A stretch of DNA of 64,000 nucleotides from an uncultured Pseudomonadales bacterium (GCA_964414895.1 CAYPXO010000001.1:26999-90998); one strand, 5' to 3'. Positions 27,493-38,029 are shown, counted from the first letter of the stretch. Program-made: numbers and translations. Notes: generated by a model not told the origin, from the sequence alone.

Positions 27493-28557
27493 ATGGCAAA
27501 GCAATACGGAGGTTGGTATGACAACCCCGCAACAGGCAGAAACCAGAGATGGTGGGGGGAGGGTATTTGGACAGAAGGAGAAGAACCCGCAGGAGGCGGA
27601 CAGCAATCAGTAGGAAGCCTAGCCACAGGACTGGGTAGCTTGGGCAGCATGAGCAATTTATTCGGTTATGACCTGGGAACGCTGCAAACAAACTTTCAAG
27701 ACACCTACAGCAAACTGCAGGGAGCAGAATCAGAGCTGCAGGGATACCAAACGAGGCGCTACGAGGAGGAATACAGCAAAGCAGGACTGGAGGGAATCAA
27801 AGGAGAAATCGACAAGCTAGACACCAGCATCTCAACGGAAAAGAACCTAAGAGACGAATCGGTAGCCAAAGTTAGGAAAAACCCAGGTTACTCGGCAGCG
27901 ACGATAACAGGAGAAGTCGGCGAAATTCAAAGACTGGCAAACGCCAAAATCAACAATTTAATCGACGAGAGAAACACGAAAGCAGGCACATACAACGCCA
28001 AACTCGGAGAAATCACCAACAAAGTCGGCATGGAAACAAGAGACAAAGAAGCATCAGTCAACAGCATGAGATACAACCTACAATTCCTGGGAGGCTTATT
28101 AGACACCTACCAAAAGACAAGAACGGCAGAACTGGCAGCAAAAACAGAATCAGAGCGATGGGAGAAGGAATTCGAACTCAAACTCTACAGCGCACAGACA
28201 TCCAGAATCAGCGCCACGAAAGCAGGCGGAGCAACGAGAGCCATGCAGCAGGTTAAAGACGCCTGGGGCAATGTGGTCGGATACTTTGACCCAGTAAGCG
28301 GAAAGACAGTCTACTACGAGCAAGCAGGAGGCGGAGAGGCAGCAGCAGCACAAACAGTGGCATCAAGCGGATTGAGAATGAAAATCAGGAACGCCTGGAA
28401 GCAAGGATACACAGCCGATCAACTTAAAAGCGCCTACGGAGGAGCGATCACGGATAAAGGAGAAAATGTCTCAAACATCATCGACGACGAATGGAGAATA
28501 AAAACAGCAACAGGAGTCGGTGGCTTCTTAGGCAGGCTGTTCAGGCTAGGAGTCTAA
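27493..28557 (+). CDS. hypothetical structural protein
   Basis: 354-aa ORF preceded by AAAGGAGGTGAGAAATAAAC SD. Confidence 0.45.
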   Translation: MAKQYGGWYDNPATGRNQRWWGEGIWTEGEEPAGGGQQSVGSLATGLGSLGSMSNLFGYDLGTLQTNFQDTYSKLQGAESELQGYQTRRYEEEYSKAGLEGIKGEIDKLDTSISTEKNLRDESVAKVRKNPGYSAATITGEVGEIQRLANAKINNLIDERNTKAGTYNAKLGEITNKVGMETRDKEASVNSMRYNLQFLGGLLDTYQKTRTAELAAKTESERWEKEFELKLYSAQTSRISATKAGGATRAMQQVKDAWGNVVGYFDPVSGKTVYYEQAGGGEAAAAQTVASSGLRMKIRNAWKQGYTADQLKSAYGGAITDKGENVSNIIDDEWRIKTATGVGGFLGRLFRLGV

Positions 28558-28615
28558 CCACTCCCCAACCGCAAGCTAATGCCATGAAGCCCATCGAAAG
28601 AAGGGTAAAAAGACT

Positions 28616-31600
28616 ATGCCGACATTTTGGGATCAACTAAAAACAAACATACTAAGCCCTTTAGAAAAGGGAGTGTCCTCTATTGGTCAAACTTTGGGGG
28701 ATATTTTCAAGCCAGTAGGAGGGGCAGTCAGCGATCTATTCAAGCCAATCGGAACACTTAAACCAGAGCAGTCTGAATTTGCCATTAAAACAGAACAAGG
28801 CGAATACAGACCTTACACCAGCATCTATGCGGAATCAGCAGCACAAATGATAGGTCTTGGTGCAAGGGAAACTGATTTTTGGGAAAGACTCCCCCACGCA
28901 ACACTGGGGGCGGTCAAAGGATTTGGGGTGGGAGTAGCCAAAGCCCTCACCCTCGGCTGGTGGCAGCCAGAGGTTAAATATACCCACGACGCAGAAAAGA
29001 TGGCAGGCGAGCTGACCGAAATCGAGGGAGAGATTATGGGAACTATCGGGACATTCCTGATCGGCGGGGAGATCGTTCAGGCAGTGGGCAGAGGCATTCC
29101 CGCCGTCGCAAAATTCGCTCAGATCGCCCCCAAAACCTACCAGCTATTAACTAGCGGAGTCACCTTCGCAGGATTAGGGCAAGCGCACCACGACGCTACC
29201 CTGCTTGATGCACAAGGCAGAGCAAAAACATTCGTGGCAGACTTCGCCCTGGGCGGAGCATACTCGCTGGCGGGCATGAACCCAAACTACTTCAAAGGGA
29301 CAGGCATTATCGCCCCAGCAGCCTATGTCACTTCACTAATTAAGGGTGACACACCAGAAGACGCATTGAAAACAACGGCAGCCGTGATCGGACTGCATTC
29401 AATCAACTTCGCTCTAGCAAAAGCCTTCCCATCAAAAGCCGAGCAGCTGAGAAGAAACATGGACAAAGCAGCAACTGAGCAACTAGGAGTGACCAGAGCG
29501 CAAGCCAGAGAATACCTGGGAGTGACTGAAAAAATGTCGCCAGCAGAAATCAAGAAAGCCTGGCACAAAAAAGTGATCGAAATAACAAAGAGCTTCCCAG
29601 CCTATGTGGAGATGACACCCCAGCAAAATGCTAAATACACGGCAGACTACAACACCGCCAACCGAGCTTATGAGTTTTTAGCAAAGGTGCAAAACCCGAC
29701 AGGCTATACAGGCAAAACCTTCCGAAAAGAATTTGAGGACTTATTCTACGAACTCTGGGTAAAAGTCCCAGACAAGCGGGCATTGGTGGTCAGCGCCGTC
29801 AGAAACATGCCTGCAGGATTATCGATCCGATCCACCCTAACCCCAGAGCAAAGAGCGCAGATTATAGAAAAATTGGGAGGAGAAGAAGTCAAGACCAAAT
29901 TCGGATTGACGGCAGGCAAACTGACAAACCAGGACTTAATTACATTGGCAAAAGAAAAGAAAATCGAGGTGACACCGAGCAAAATAACACCAGAAAAAGC
30001 GATCACGAAAGCACCAGAGCCAAAAGTAGAACGCAAAGAAATCTGGTCACTCCCTGGCGACTTAATGCCAGCCAGAGGCAAGCCCACCTGGAAGCATAGC
30101 AAAATGCTCTGGAACACCATGCGCAATCAATACGGCATGACCAACACCTGGAGCAAAGACATCACTGTAAACAAAGGGGCGGTTTCCTGGATTATCGACA
30201 CCCTCGAAAACGGACTGGCAAGCAAAAAGGATTTAATGACCGAAGCCAGAAAAACCAAAGGTATCCGCATGGACAGCAGGCAATACAAAAAGCTCTACGC
30301 CATGTTTAAGTCCAGAGATTATGACATCGAAGGCTACAAGAAAGTGATGTCGGTTTTGAAAGGAATTAAACCAGCGATAATTGAAAAAACCATTGAGCCT
30401 GCAAAATCAGCACCAAAAGCCCCGCCAATCAAACTAAAAACAGCTGAGGAGTTGATAAAAGAGGATAGATTAAGACCCCAAACTTCAGGATTCGGGCAAG
30501 GAAAATTCTGGCAATACAGAGCTGAGGACGGCATTTATACAGTAGCCCCAAATAAAGAGGAAGCGATAAAAAGAGCCAACGAAGCCCTGGCAGCAAAACC
30601 AAGCAAACCAGCAACCAAGCCCATATCGAAACCAGAGCCAGAGGTGCAGCCAACCGAAGGCTTCCAATTTGATGCTGACTCAACCGCCAAAGCAGGAAAA
30701 GTCACAGTCAAAGACCCTGGTATTTTTGAGAAAGGCACGCTATTCAGACAGAAAGGGAAAGATGCGGGAGTATCCTACTTGATGGGCAAGAACACCCAAA
30801 CAGGCAATACAGAAGTCCAGACAATTTACTTCGACAAAAAGCTATTCACTGAGGGGGAGGCAGCCAAGTGGTGGACGAAAAACGGCGATAAATTCACCAA
30901 ACCTTGGAGCATTAAAGAGGAAAAACTGCCAGCAAAGCCAGAACCGAAACCAGCAGCCAAGCCAAAAGAAACACTGGCAGGGCGCTTTTATCACGGCACA
31001 TCAAGAGAAGCAGCCCAAGCGATCCAAAAAGAAGGCTTTGTCATTGAGAGCTTCGAAGAAGGCAGAGGATTAGGCAATGCAATCTACCTCAGCCCGAAAC
31101 CAGAATACGCCAGAAACTACGCCATCAAAGGCGGGATCAGCAAAGAAGGCGAGATCATGGGAGTGGTGTTGGAGACAAAAGTAAAAGTCGACAATGTCCT
31201 CCGCTTAAAAGACGCAGCAGCCAGGAGAAAACTCGCTGACCTTGCCATGAAAGAAACAGGCTTGCCAGAAGACGAGGCATTGACAAAATATGTTCAAGAC
31301 CAGGGCTACGATGCCATTCTCACCCAGGAGGATATTATCGGCACGGCGACTCCATCGCTGGCAATTTTTGATCCCAGTAAAATCAAAGTGGTAGGGATCG
31401 CCGAACCAGTAATGGCAGGCGAAAAACCGACTCCATTGCCAAAAAGAGATGGCAAATTCACGGCGCAGGAAAAGAAGGCAGCCAAAGCCGAGGAGATCAG
31501 ACTTAAATACCGACCAGAAGAAAAAGAGTTGTTAGAAGCAGAGCGAGTCCCCAGCGTCGGCGAGATTATGAAAAGCAAGAAATTCCAGGATCGTATAAAA

Positions 31601-34339
31601 GGCAAGGTCAAGGCGTCGAGCCAGATGAGATTGGATGAGGCAAAGCCTGCACCTCCAGGAAGCCCGCCAAGACCGCCAAAAGAAGTGCCTATCGCTCAAG
31701 CCCCTCCTCCACCAGAAGGAAGCGGACTGGAGGCAATCGACAAAATGGTCGGCAAAGTCGGCGCACCGCAAAAAATAGGAGAATTCCTCAAAGGACTAAC
31801 GCCTAAATTCAGACGCAATTTTACCGACAGATTTGCCTTAATGAAAGACTTCGAGGAAAAAGTGAGCAAGCTACAAGGGCAGCCAATCGACATCAACTCC
31901 AGTCCCTATGTGGCAGCCAGACTGTATGCGGGCAGATTCGGGACGATAGAGGCAGCCTTCCGAGATTTGCAAAAGATCGTCACACCAGTGAGGAAACATC
32001 GACCAGACTTCACCCGCTATGTGTTGGCACAGCGTGCCATCGAAAGAGCGGATCGGGGCTTTGATAACCCTGCAGGAGTGACCAAAGAGCAGGCAGAGCT
32101 GGCACTCACCGAGCTGAAAGCCAAAGTTGGTGACAAGGTTTATAAGCAATTCGAGCAAGGAGGGCAAGCGATCCAAAACTGGTCGATCAGACAAATCCTA
32201 GAACCAATGCGAGACACAGGGTTGATCAGCAAAAAGGCATTCAACGCCATAGTTGAAAAGAATAAAAACTGGATGCCGTTCCATGTCCTCGACTACCTCC
32301 CCGATACCAAACAAGCAGACCAGATGCAATCGGGCAGCGAAACCTTCTCGGTCAGCAAACAGGGCGTGATTAAAGGATTAAAAGGCACGGAGAAAATCAT
32401 CCGTGACCCCTTCGAATCAATAGTCGATAACCTAAGCAAAGCTATCAGCCTAACCAAGAGAAATGAGGTGGCACGCAAGCTCATTGACCTAAGAAAAACC
32501 CACCCAGAAGCAAAAGAGTCTATAAAATACCTGCACAAAAACGCCAAAGCCCCCAAAGATTGGGACACCATCAGCGCATTTATTAACGGCAAGGTAACCC
32601 GCTGGGCTGTGCCAAAAGGGTTGAGTGACGCCATGCACTCCATGAGTCCAGTCGAAGCGGGACTCTTGGGTAAACTGGCGAAGACATCAACCAAAGCATT
32701 CAAAGCAGGAGTGACGACTTTTTACATTCCCTTCACCCTAACCAATGCCATCAGGGACTACCAGACAGCAACAGTCGTCAACAAATGGGGATTCAACCCA
32801 GTGACCTGGCTATCGGGATTCAAAGACAGCATTAAAGGAGCATTCAGGTGGGATTCAAAAGCCTACGACGAATTCCTGCGCAACGAGGGAGGCTACGGAG
32901 GCTACATCGGCAGCACCAGACAGCTCTCGATAGCAGCCAAAGAGTTATTTACACCGAGCTGGTGGACAAAAACAAAAGCGGTCATCAACCCTCTTAATTT
33001 GATCAGCAACTTCGCCGAGGCAATCGAACTGTCGCCAAGACTGGGAATTTATAAAAAGGGAATTAAAAAGCCAGGAGTGACCGAGTTGGAGGCAGCCTTC
33101 GAAGCCAGAAACTCGACTGTCGACTTTGCAAAATCAGGTAAAGAGATGCGGATTATCAACCAGTGGATTCCCTTTGTAAACGCCAGGTGGCAAGGAGTCC
33201 TCAGAGTCAAAGACGCCTTCAAAGAGCATCCGTTCAAATCGGCAATAAAAGCAATGGCAATGATTGTCATGCCAGGAGTGGCAACCTATTTTTACAACAT
33301 CCTCAATTACGAAGAACTGTGGGATGACATCCCCCAGTGGGCAAAAGATAACTACTTCATCGTTATTCTAGGATCGGAGCTGGATGAAGAAGGCAAAACA
33401 GTCCCAAAGGTGCTGCAGATTCCCAAAGGCGACATGGGGCAGATTTTTTTCAATCCCCTGCAATACACCTTTGAGTATGTCAGAAAGCAAGAACCGCAAA
33501 ACCTATTTAAACTAGCCTTAGAGTGGACAAGCCAAATCTCCCCGATCCCATTCACCAGGGACGGCGAATTATCGGGCAGCTCATTCCTGGCTGGGGCGCT
33601 ACCGCCAGCATTGAAAACCCTGGTCGAGGAAGTCACTAACATGAACCTATTTACAGGCTTCCCGCTCATTCCAAGAAAACTGGAGAAGGTCGCCCCAACC
33701 GAGCAATACAACGAAAGGACTCCAGGTGTGGCAGTAGGAATTGGGCGAGCCGTCGGCATCAGCCCAATGAGACTGGCTCATGTCGCAAGCGGATTGTTCG
33801 GCTCAAGCAGCAGGTATGTTTATAACCCAGCTGACCTGCTCGGTTTATCAGTAAAAAGATTTGTCAGAACTCAGGGCGGGGCAAAAGAAAGAGAAGCCTG
33901 GAAGGTGCGGGATGAAGCCGAAATCGGCTATAACACCACCCGACTATTCGTCCAGCAAGCGCTGCAAGCAGGTGATCTGCAGAAAGCCCAGAGCCTGGCA
34001 ACCGAGTGGAATAACAAAGTTCAGCAATACATTCCCCAGATTGTGCCTTACCTGATGGCAGACGATCCGAAAGAGGCGGTGAGCTTCCAGAAAAGCATCA
34101 TGTTTGACGCTGCAGACCTAAGACGACTTATGAAGCTTAATGCTCCTCCAGGAGCAGCGCTAAAGCCACCCAGTCGAGCCGTAGGCACACCTTCAAGGCA
34201 AGCTGACCCATTAGGGATATTCGGAGGGCAAAGTCCAGCAGGAGCGCCTCCAACACCGACAGGGACACAACCGACGATGGGGCAAATGTTCCCGACAGAG
34301 GGAGGAGGACAAAACGATCCACTAGGATTGTTTAAGTAA
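28616..34339 (+). CDS. giant (1907 aa) virion or ejection protein with a degenerate J-like domain and a KptA/Tpt1 (PARP-fold)-like domain; possible tape-measure or internal-core analogue
   Basis: Single uninterrupted ORF. J-like segment at about 29480-29690 (EYLGVTEKMSPAEIKKAWHKK...ANRAYEFLAK, with HPD replaced by FPA). KptA-like segment at about 30975-31215 (RFYHGTSREAAQAIQKEGF...AIYLSPKPE, compare E. coli KptA FLYHGTASRFLDEIKKQGL...YVHLSADE). Multiple Pro/Lys linkers and a Gly/Pro-rich C-terminus. Confidence 0.6.
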   Translation: MPTFWDQLKTNILSPLEKGVSSIGQTLGDIFKPVGGAVSDLFKPIGTLKPEQSEFAIKTEQGEYRPYTSIYAESAAQMIGLGARETDFWERLPHATLGAVKGFGVGVAKALTLGWWQPEVKYTHDAEKMAGELTEIEGEIMGTIGTFLIGGEIVQAVGRGIPAVAKFAQIAPKTYQLLTSGVTFAGLGQAHHDATLLDAQGRAKTFVADFALGGAYSLAGMNPNYFKGTGIIAPAAYVTSLIKGDTPEDALKTTAAVIGLHSINFALAKAFPSKAEQLRRNMDKAATEQLGVTRAQAREYLGVTEKMSPAEIKKAWHKKVIEITKSFPAYVEMTPQQNAKYTADYNTANRAYEFLAKVQNPTGYTGKTFRKEFEDLFYELWVKVPDKRALVVSAVRNMPAGLSIRSTLTPEQRAQIIEKLGGEEVKTKFGLTAGKLTNQDLITLAKEKKIEVTPSKITPEKAITKAPEPKVERKEIWSLPGDLMPARGKPTWKHSKMLWNTMRNQYGMTNTWSKDITVNKGAVSWIIDTLENGLASKKDLMTEARKTKGIRMDSRQYKKLYAMFKSRDYDIEGYKKVMSVLKGIKPAIIEKTIEPAKSAPKAPPIKLKTAEELIKEDRLRPQTSGFGQGKFWQYRAEDGIYTVAPNKEEAIKRANEALAAKPSKPATKPISKPEPEVQPTEGFQFDADSTAKAGKVTVKDPGIFEKGTLFRQKGKDAGVSYLMGKNTQTGNTEVQTIYFDKKLFTEGEAAKWWTKNGDKFTKPWSIKEEKLPAKPEPKPAAKPKETLAGRFYHGTSREAAQAIQKEGFVIESFEEGRGLGNAIYLSPKPEYARNYAIKGGISKEGEIMGVVLETKVKVDNVLRLKDAAARRKLADLAMKETGLPEDEALTKYVQDQGYDAILTQEDIIGTATPSLAIFDPSKIKVVGIAEPVMAGEKPTPLPKRDGKFTAQEKKAAKAEEIRLKYRPEEKELLEAERVPSVGEIMKSKKFQDRIKGKVKASSQMRLDEAKPAPPGSPPRPPKEVPIAQAPPPPEGSGLEAIDKMVGKVGAPQKIGEFLKGLTPKFRRNFTDRFALMKDFEEKVSKLQGQPIDINSSPYVAARLYAGRFGTIEAAFRDLQKIVTPVRKHRPDFTRYVLAQRAIERADRGFDNPAGVTKEQAELALTELKAKVGDKVYKQFEQGGQAIQNWSIRQILEPMRDTGLISKKAFNAIVEKNKNWMPFHVLDYLPDTKQADQMQSGSETFSVSKQGVIKGLKGTEKIIRDPFESIVDNLSKAISLTKRNEVARKLIDLRKTHPEAKESIKYLHKNAKAPKDWDTISAFINGKVTRWAVPKGLSDAMHSMSPVEAGLLGKLAKTSTKAFKAGVTTFYIPFTLTNAIRDYQTATVVNKWGFNPVTWLSGFKDSIKGAFRWDSKAYDEFLRNEGGYGGYIGSTRQLSIAAKELFTPSWWTKTKAVINPLNLISNFAEAIELSPRLGIYKKGIKKPGVTELEAAFEARNSTVDFAKSGKEMRIINQWIPFVNARWQGVLRVKDAFKEHPFKSAIKAMAMIVMPGVATYFYNILNYEELWDDIPQWAKDNYFIVILGSELDEEGKTVPKVLQIPKGDMGQIFFNPLQYTFEYVRKQEPQNLFKLALEWTSQISPIPFTRDGELSGSSFLAGALPPALKTLVEEVTNMNLFTGFPLIPRKLEKVAPTEQYNERTPGVAVGIGRAVGISPMRLAHVASGLFGSSSRYVYNPADLLGLSVKRFVRTQGGAKEREAWKVRDEAEIGYNTTRLFVQQALQAGDLQKAQSLATEWNNKVQQYIPQIVPYLMADDPKEAVSFQKSIMFDAADLRRLMKLNAPPGAALKPPSRAVGTPSRQADPLGIFGGQSPAGAPPTPTGTQPTMGQMFPTEGGGQNDPLGLFK

Positions 34340-34343
34340 ACCT

Positions 34344-35465
34344 ATGAAAAAGAAACTAAAACTACCAATCACATTCAGCCAAAACGATCCCAGGTGGAAG
34401 AACAGCCCACTAGGGACTAAAGGGACGATAGGAAATTACGGCTGCCTCATGGTTGACGGCACGATGGTGGTTAACTACTACGGCTTCCGAGAAACACCGC
34501 TGACCATGAACCAGAAACTGACAGAGAACGGCGGATACATGAGTGGCAACCTGTTCGTGTGGGGGGCAATCCCCAAGCTATTCCCAGGGCTGAAATACAA
34601 AGGAAAATGGTCAAATAAAAACCCACTGACTCAAGCCCAAATGAACCAGATTAGAGAGGCAATTAACAAAGGCTACCCAGTATTCCTGCAAATTGACACC
34701 ATTCCTTCAACCTCAGCTTTAGACGAACACTGGGTGCTGGCAATCGGTTACGACGGCGATGACTTTATAATTCAAGACCCCTGGGACGGAGCAGAAAAAA
34801 GAATCACCAGCTGGGGTGTGACACCGCAAAAGCTAATTTATTCTTGGTGTTGGTATGAAGGCAAACCAGCTGAAACCGATCCAGCAGAAGGCTGCTTAGT
34901 GCCAAACACCCCAGAGTGGCGAGAAAAATACGAGGACATCGTCAGCTCAGCCACGAAATGGGCAGACTCCCTCAAGATTATGGAGATCGAAGGCGACCCA
35001 TCAACGACCCCAACCGACAAAGTTAAGAGTGTCATTGCAGGGTATAAATCAAGGGAAACTGATCTTAAAAACCAGCTCAGCGATAGACAAAAAGACCTGG
35101 ATGTTGCCAACCAGGAAATTAAAAACCGCATAGAACAAGTTAGCAGACTGGAAGGCGATCTGCGAGAAAAGGATAAATACTATAAAGACCTTATCAATGC
35201 GCTAAAATCGGACATCAAAAATCTGCCAAAAATACTGGAGCAAGCGCAGGGTAGGATCGGGGTGCTGGAGGGGGAAGTCGACGAAGCCAACAAAGCCAAA
35301 GGCAGGGCGCTAAACCAGGCAGCAGAGTATAAAAGTCGCCTTGAAACCTGCGAAAAAGGACAACTGCCAGTGCCAACAAAGAACCTAATAAATACAGCAA
35401 TAGAAATTTTGATTAACCTAATCAAGGATTTTTTCAAAAAGAAGGAGGTGAAAAAAGATGGGTAG
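34344..35465 (+). CDS. endolysin: peptidase C39-like (Peptidase_C39_2) cell-wall hydrolase with C-terminal coiled coil
   Basis: FSQNDPRW...GNYGCLMV...HWVLAIGYDGDDFIIQDPWDG gives the Cys/His arrangement of C39-like phage lysins. Sits immediately upstream of the holin. Confidence 0.6.
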   Translation: MKKKLKLPITFSQNDPRWKNSPLGTKGTIGNYGCLMVDGTMVVNYYGFRETPLTMNQKLTENGGYMSGNLFVWGAIPKLFPGLKYKGKWSNKNPLTQAQMNQIREAINKGYPVFLQIDTIPSTSALDEHWVLAIGYDGDDFIIQDPWDGAEKRITSWGVTPQKLIYSWCWYEGKPAETDPAEGCLVPNTPEWREKYEDIVSSATKWADSLKIMEIEGDPSTTPTDKVKSVIAGYKSRETDLKNQLSDRQKDLDVANQEIKNRIEQVSRLEGDLREKDKYYKDLINALKSDIKNLPKILEQAQGRIGVLEGEVDEANKAKGRALNQAAEYKSRLETCEKGQLPVPTKNLINTAIEILINLIKDFFKKKEVKKDG

Positions 35466-35739
35466 TTTTAGTGATATCGGCAAAGCATATCCAGAGTGGA
35501 AGAAGGATGCCTGGCAGCTCTTGCGAACCTTTATCTCGGCATTTTTAGTCGGCGGATCGATAGTTTTAATCAATGCGGGAACGGATGCATTCATGAGCTG
35601 GGCAAACTTCCTGCACCTTTTAGTCTACCCCTTCCTGCTTGCAGGAGCGGTGGCAGGAGTGAACGCCGTTGGGAAGCTGCTGCGAAGTTTATTCGGAGCA
35701 GAAACAAAAGACAGCTTAATTGATAAGCTGCCGTTCTAA
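35458..35739 (+). CDS. holin-like protein (two TM helices)
   Basis: 93 aa with two hydrophobic helices and a charged C-terminus; overlaps the endolysin stop. Confidence 0.5.
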   Translation: MGSFSDIGKAYPEWKKDAWQLLRTFISAFLVGGSIVLINAGTDAFMSWANFLHLLVYPFLLAGAVAGVNAVGKLLRSLFGAETKDSLIDKLPF

Positions 35740-35761
35740 CAAAGGCGGTGAGCAGAAAAAT

Positions 35762-36013
35762 ATGGCAAAATCAAAAGAAGCAACTATGATGGACATTATC
35801 GAAAGAGTCGCCAAACTTGAGGAGCGGGTGGATGGTGGCTTTGGCTACATAAAAGAGGAGCTAAAGGATATAAAAGAGAACCACCTCTACACCCTTCAAA
35901 CAGATGTGAACGACCTTAAAATTAAGGTTAACACCCTCGCAGTAAAAATGGGGGTAATTGTGGCAGTTGTAACGATTGTAATCGACATCGCAATTCGCTT
36001 CCTTTTCAAATAA
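35762..36013 (+). CDS. XhlA-like lysis-associated protein (coiled coil plus C-terminal TM)
   Basis: Coiled-coil N-terminus and a C-terminal TM helix (GVIVAVVTIVIDIAI), reminiscent of the XhlA hemolysin family. Start trimmed to the ATG at 35762. Confidence 0.4.
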   Translation: MAKSKEATMMDIIERVAKLEERVDGGFGYIKEELKDIKENHLYTLQTDVNDLKIKVNTLAVKMGVIVAVVTIVIDIAIRFLFK

Positions 36014-36064
36014 AAATGATACAGTAAATCATAGTTAGGTCTGCGACCCAAAAAAGCAGAAATT

Positions 36065-36092
36065 GCCAGCAATTTTCAGGCTGGCTTTTTTG
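36065..36092 (+). terminator. intrinsic terminator GCCAGC-N9-GCTGGC followed by T6
   Basis: Perfect 6-bp stem followed by TTTTTT after the lysis cassette. Confidence 0.6.
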
Positions 36093-36279
36093 ATGCGTAG
36101 CCAGAAGACCGAAAAAGTGGACTTGACAAGTTTTTTTTACCACTCCACCAGAAGGGACTCCCCCAAATCTTCAGCGTAGACATCGCCAAAAAAAACTCAT
36201 GAGATAATTATATTAGAGCGAAACATCGGGTAAAACCATCGCTCAAGCACATTAAAAAAAGAAAGGAGGTGAAAAAAGA

Positions 36280-36459
36280 ATGAAGAATTACTATGTGAAT
36301 GTCTACGCCTTCATGCCCTACAAAAGGGAATACGACCTGAGAGTAAAAGGATCGAGGGAGGCGATTGCAATTAAAAGGGCGGTTGATCTTTTTAGGCAAT
36401 TCCCCCAGGTGAAAGGCAGACAGATCAAAGAGCTTTTTGTTAAATGCACCAGGCTCTAA
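36280..36459 (+). CDS. small moron-like hypothetical protein (59 aa)
   Basis: Unlisted ORF with AAAGGAGGTGAAAAAAGA SD, lying between the lysis genes and the integrase. Confidence 0.35.
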   Translation: MKNYYVNVYAFMPYKREYDLRVKGSREAIAIKRAVDLFRQFPQVKGRQIKELFVKCTRL

Positions 36460-36486
36460 AGGGAATGGGCGGGCAAAACACCCCGC

Positions 36487-36777
36487 CTATTCTCGTGCCA
36501 ATTCTCCATCCTTAGCGTGTTTTTTGACAAAATCCATCAGAAGTTCGAACCCCTCGGCGTGGTTAGTTTGAATCTTTTTCAAAATCTCCCTGCACTGGCG
36601 GACGGCTTTATCAGAACACTTATACCGCTCAGAATTCTCGCCGAACTTCTTACGATGTTTTTCTTTGATTTCGTCCAGAAAATTAAAAAAATCCTCCACC
36701 GACTCCTCAAAGGCATCAGAGAGGTTATAAGCACGAATGAGAATCTCCTGCGCTTTTTTAGTGTGATCTTTAGCCAT
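36487..36777 (-). CDS. hypothetical lysogeny-region protein
   Basis: 96-aa ORF co-oriented with the integrase. Confidence 0.45.
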   Translation of the reverse strand: MAKDHTKKAQEILIRAYNLSDAFEESVEDFFNFLDEIKEKHRKKFGENSERYKCSDKAVRQCREILKKIQTNHAEGFELLMDFVKKHAKDGELARE

Positions 36778-36836
36778 AACAAAAAGGGCGGGCAGAAGCT
36801 ATTATACTACAAAAAAGGGGGCGGGTTACGCATTCA

Positions 36837-37925
36837 CTACGCCTTTTTTAGTGTCAGCTCAAAAGCCAACCCACCTGACTTCTCCACCAGTTTATACTCA
36901 AAACGAGCATCGTCCTGCAGCTGAAAGGATTTGATCTCCTCCTTAACATTTTTCATTATCATTTTAGGGTCTTGAGACTTGCGAATTAAGGGGTGCTTGA
37001 GCATGGCGTCCCGAAGATCGTCCGTGACCATGTGGGTGTAGATCATGGTAGTATCAACCTTGCGGTGACCGACGATCCGCTGGACTTTGGAAATCGCCAC
37101 ATCCACCCGCAGAAGCTCGGTTATAAACGAGTGACGGAAGGCATGGGCATGGAAACGGCGGTCAACATGAAGACCAGCCCGCCTAGCACGCTCCCGCAGC
37201 GCTTTATTAACCATCGTCCCGCCGACCCGACGATTGGGACTGGTGCGCCGAAAGTGCATAGAAACGAATAAGGGCGCTGTTGGTGGAGCGCCCTTGCGGT
37301 GAGCATTGACCCAAGATTTAAGTTTAATAACCATGTCGGGAGGGATCGGCACGATCCGCTGCTCGTCGGTTTTAGTCTCCCGAATAATAAACTCCTCCGA
37401 TCCAAAATTCAGGTCGCCAAGATTGAGATTAAGCACCTCCCCGACACGGCAGCCAGTCTTAGCCAGAAACTCAAAGAAGATAGACCACATCTCATCGACC
37501 TCGACATACTTAGGATACAAGTGAGGTACATCAGGGCAGTTGTTGGTGGGCTTGCGGGCAGGAGGATTGATGACCTTTTCAATCTCCTCCAGCGAAAGAG
37601 TCTGGTATAAAACGATTTTTTTCTTAGGACGCAAGGCGTTCAGGCGGGAGGTAATATCCTTAAGAGGCAAATGCTGCTCGGCAATCAGGAAGCGAATAAA
37701 GGAATTAAGGGTAGTGATGAGGACATTGATGTAGTTGGGGGAAAGGTTGGATTTTTTATAGGAGCGGATCTGGTCACGGATATTTTCAAAAGAAAAATCA
37801 CCCTCACCCAAGTCCGAGAAGAACTTCGAAAGCCACTGGCGTCTAACTTTAACAGTCTGCTCGGACAGGTCTCGATCATATTTAATGAACTCGATGTAAT
37901 CCTGCTGGAGATTCGAGTATTTCAT
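36837..37925 (-). CDS. int: tyrosine-type site-specific integrase
   Basis: Catalytic region HAHAFRHSFITEL...VGHRKVDTTMIYTHM (R..H-x-x-R..Y). Last phage gene, lying next to the disrupted host comM. Confidence 0.85.
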   Translation of the reverse strand: MKYSNLQQDYIEFIKYDRDLSEQTVKVRRQWLSKFFSDLGEGDFSFENIRDQIRSYKKSNLSPNYINVLITTLNSFIRFLIAEQHLPLKDITSRLNALRPKKKIVLYQTLSLEEIEKVINPPARKPTNNCPDVPHLYPKYVEVDEMWSIFFEFLAKTGCRVGEVLNLNLGDLNFGSEEFIIRETKTDEQRIVPIPPDMVIKLKSWVNAHRKGAPPTAPLFVSMHFRRTSPNRRVGGTMVNKALRERARRAGLHVDRRFHAHAFRHSFITELLRVDVAISKVQRIVGHRKVDTTMIYTHMVTDDLRDAMLKHPLIRKSQDPKMIMKNVKEEIKSFQLQDDARFEYKLVEKSGGLAFELTLKKA

Positions 37926-38029
37926 AGCCCTTTACGGGCAGGATTTAGATTGATTATATCAGAAAAACAACTACCACTTGACATCGTTGACTTTTTGTGA
38001 TTGACTGAAAATAGCAACATTTACATTCA

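Noticed and set aside
28616-34339. Classical tape-measure protein
   Set aside because: Not predominantly coiled coil with regular periodicity; it contains globular J-like and KptA-like domains and long Pro-rich linkers. Kept as a giant internal or ejection protein. A tape-measure role cannot be excluded.
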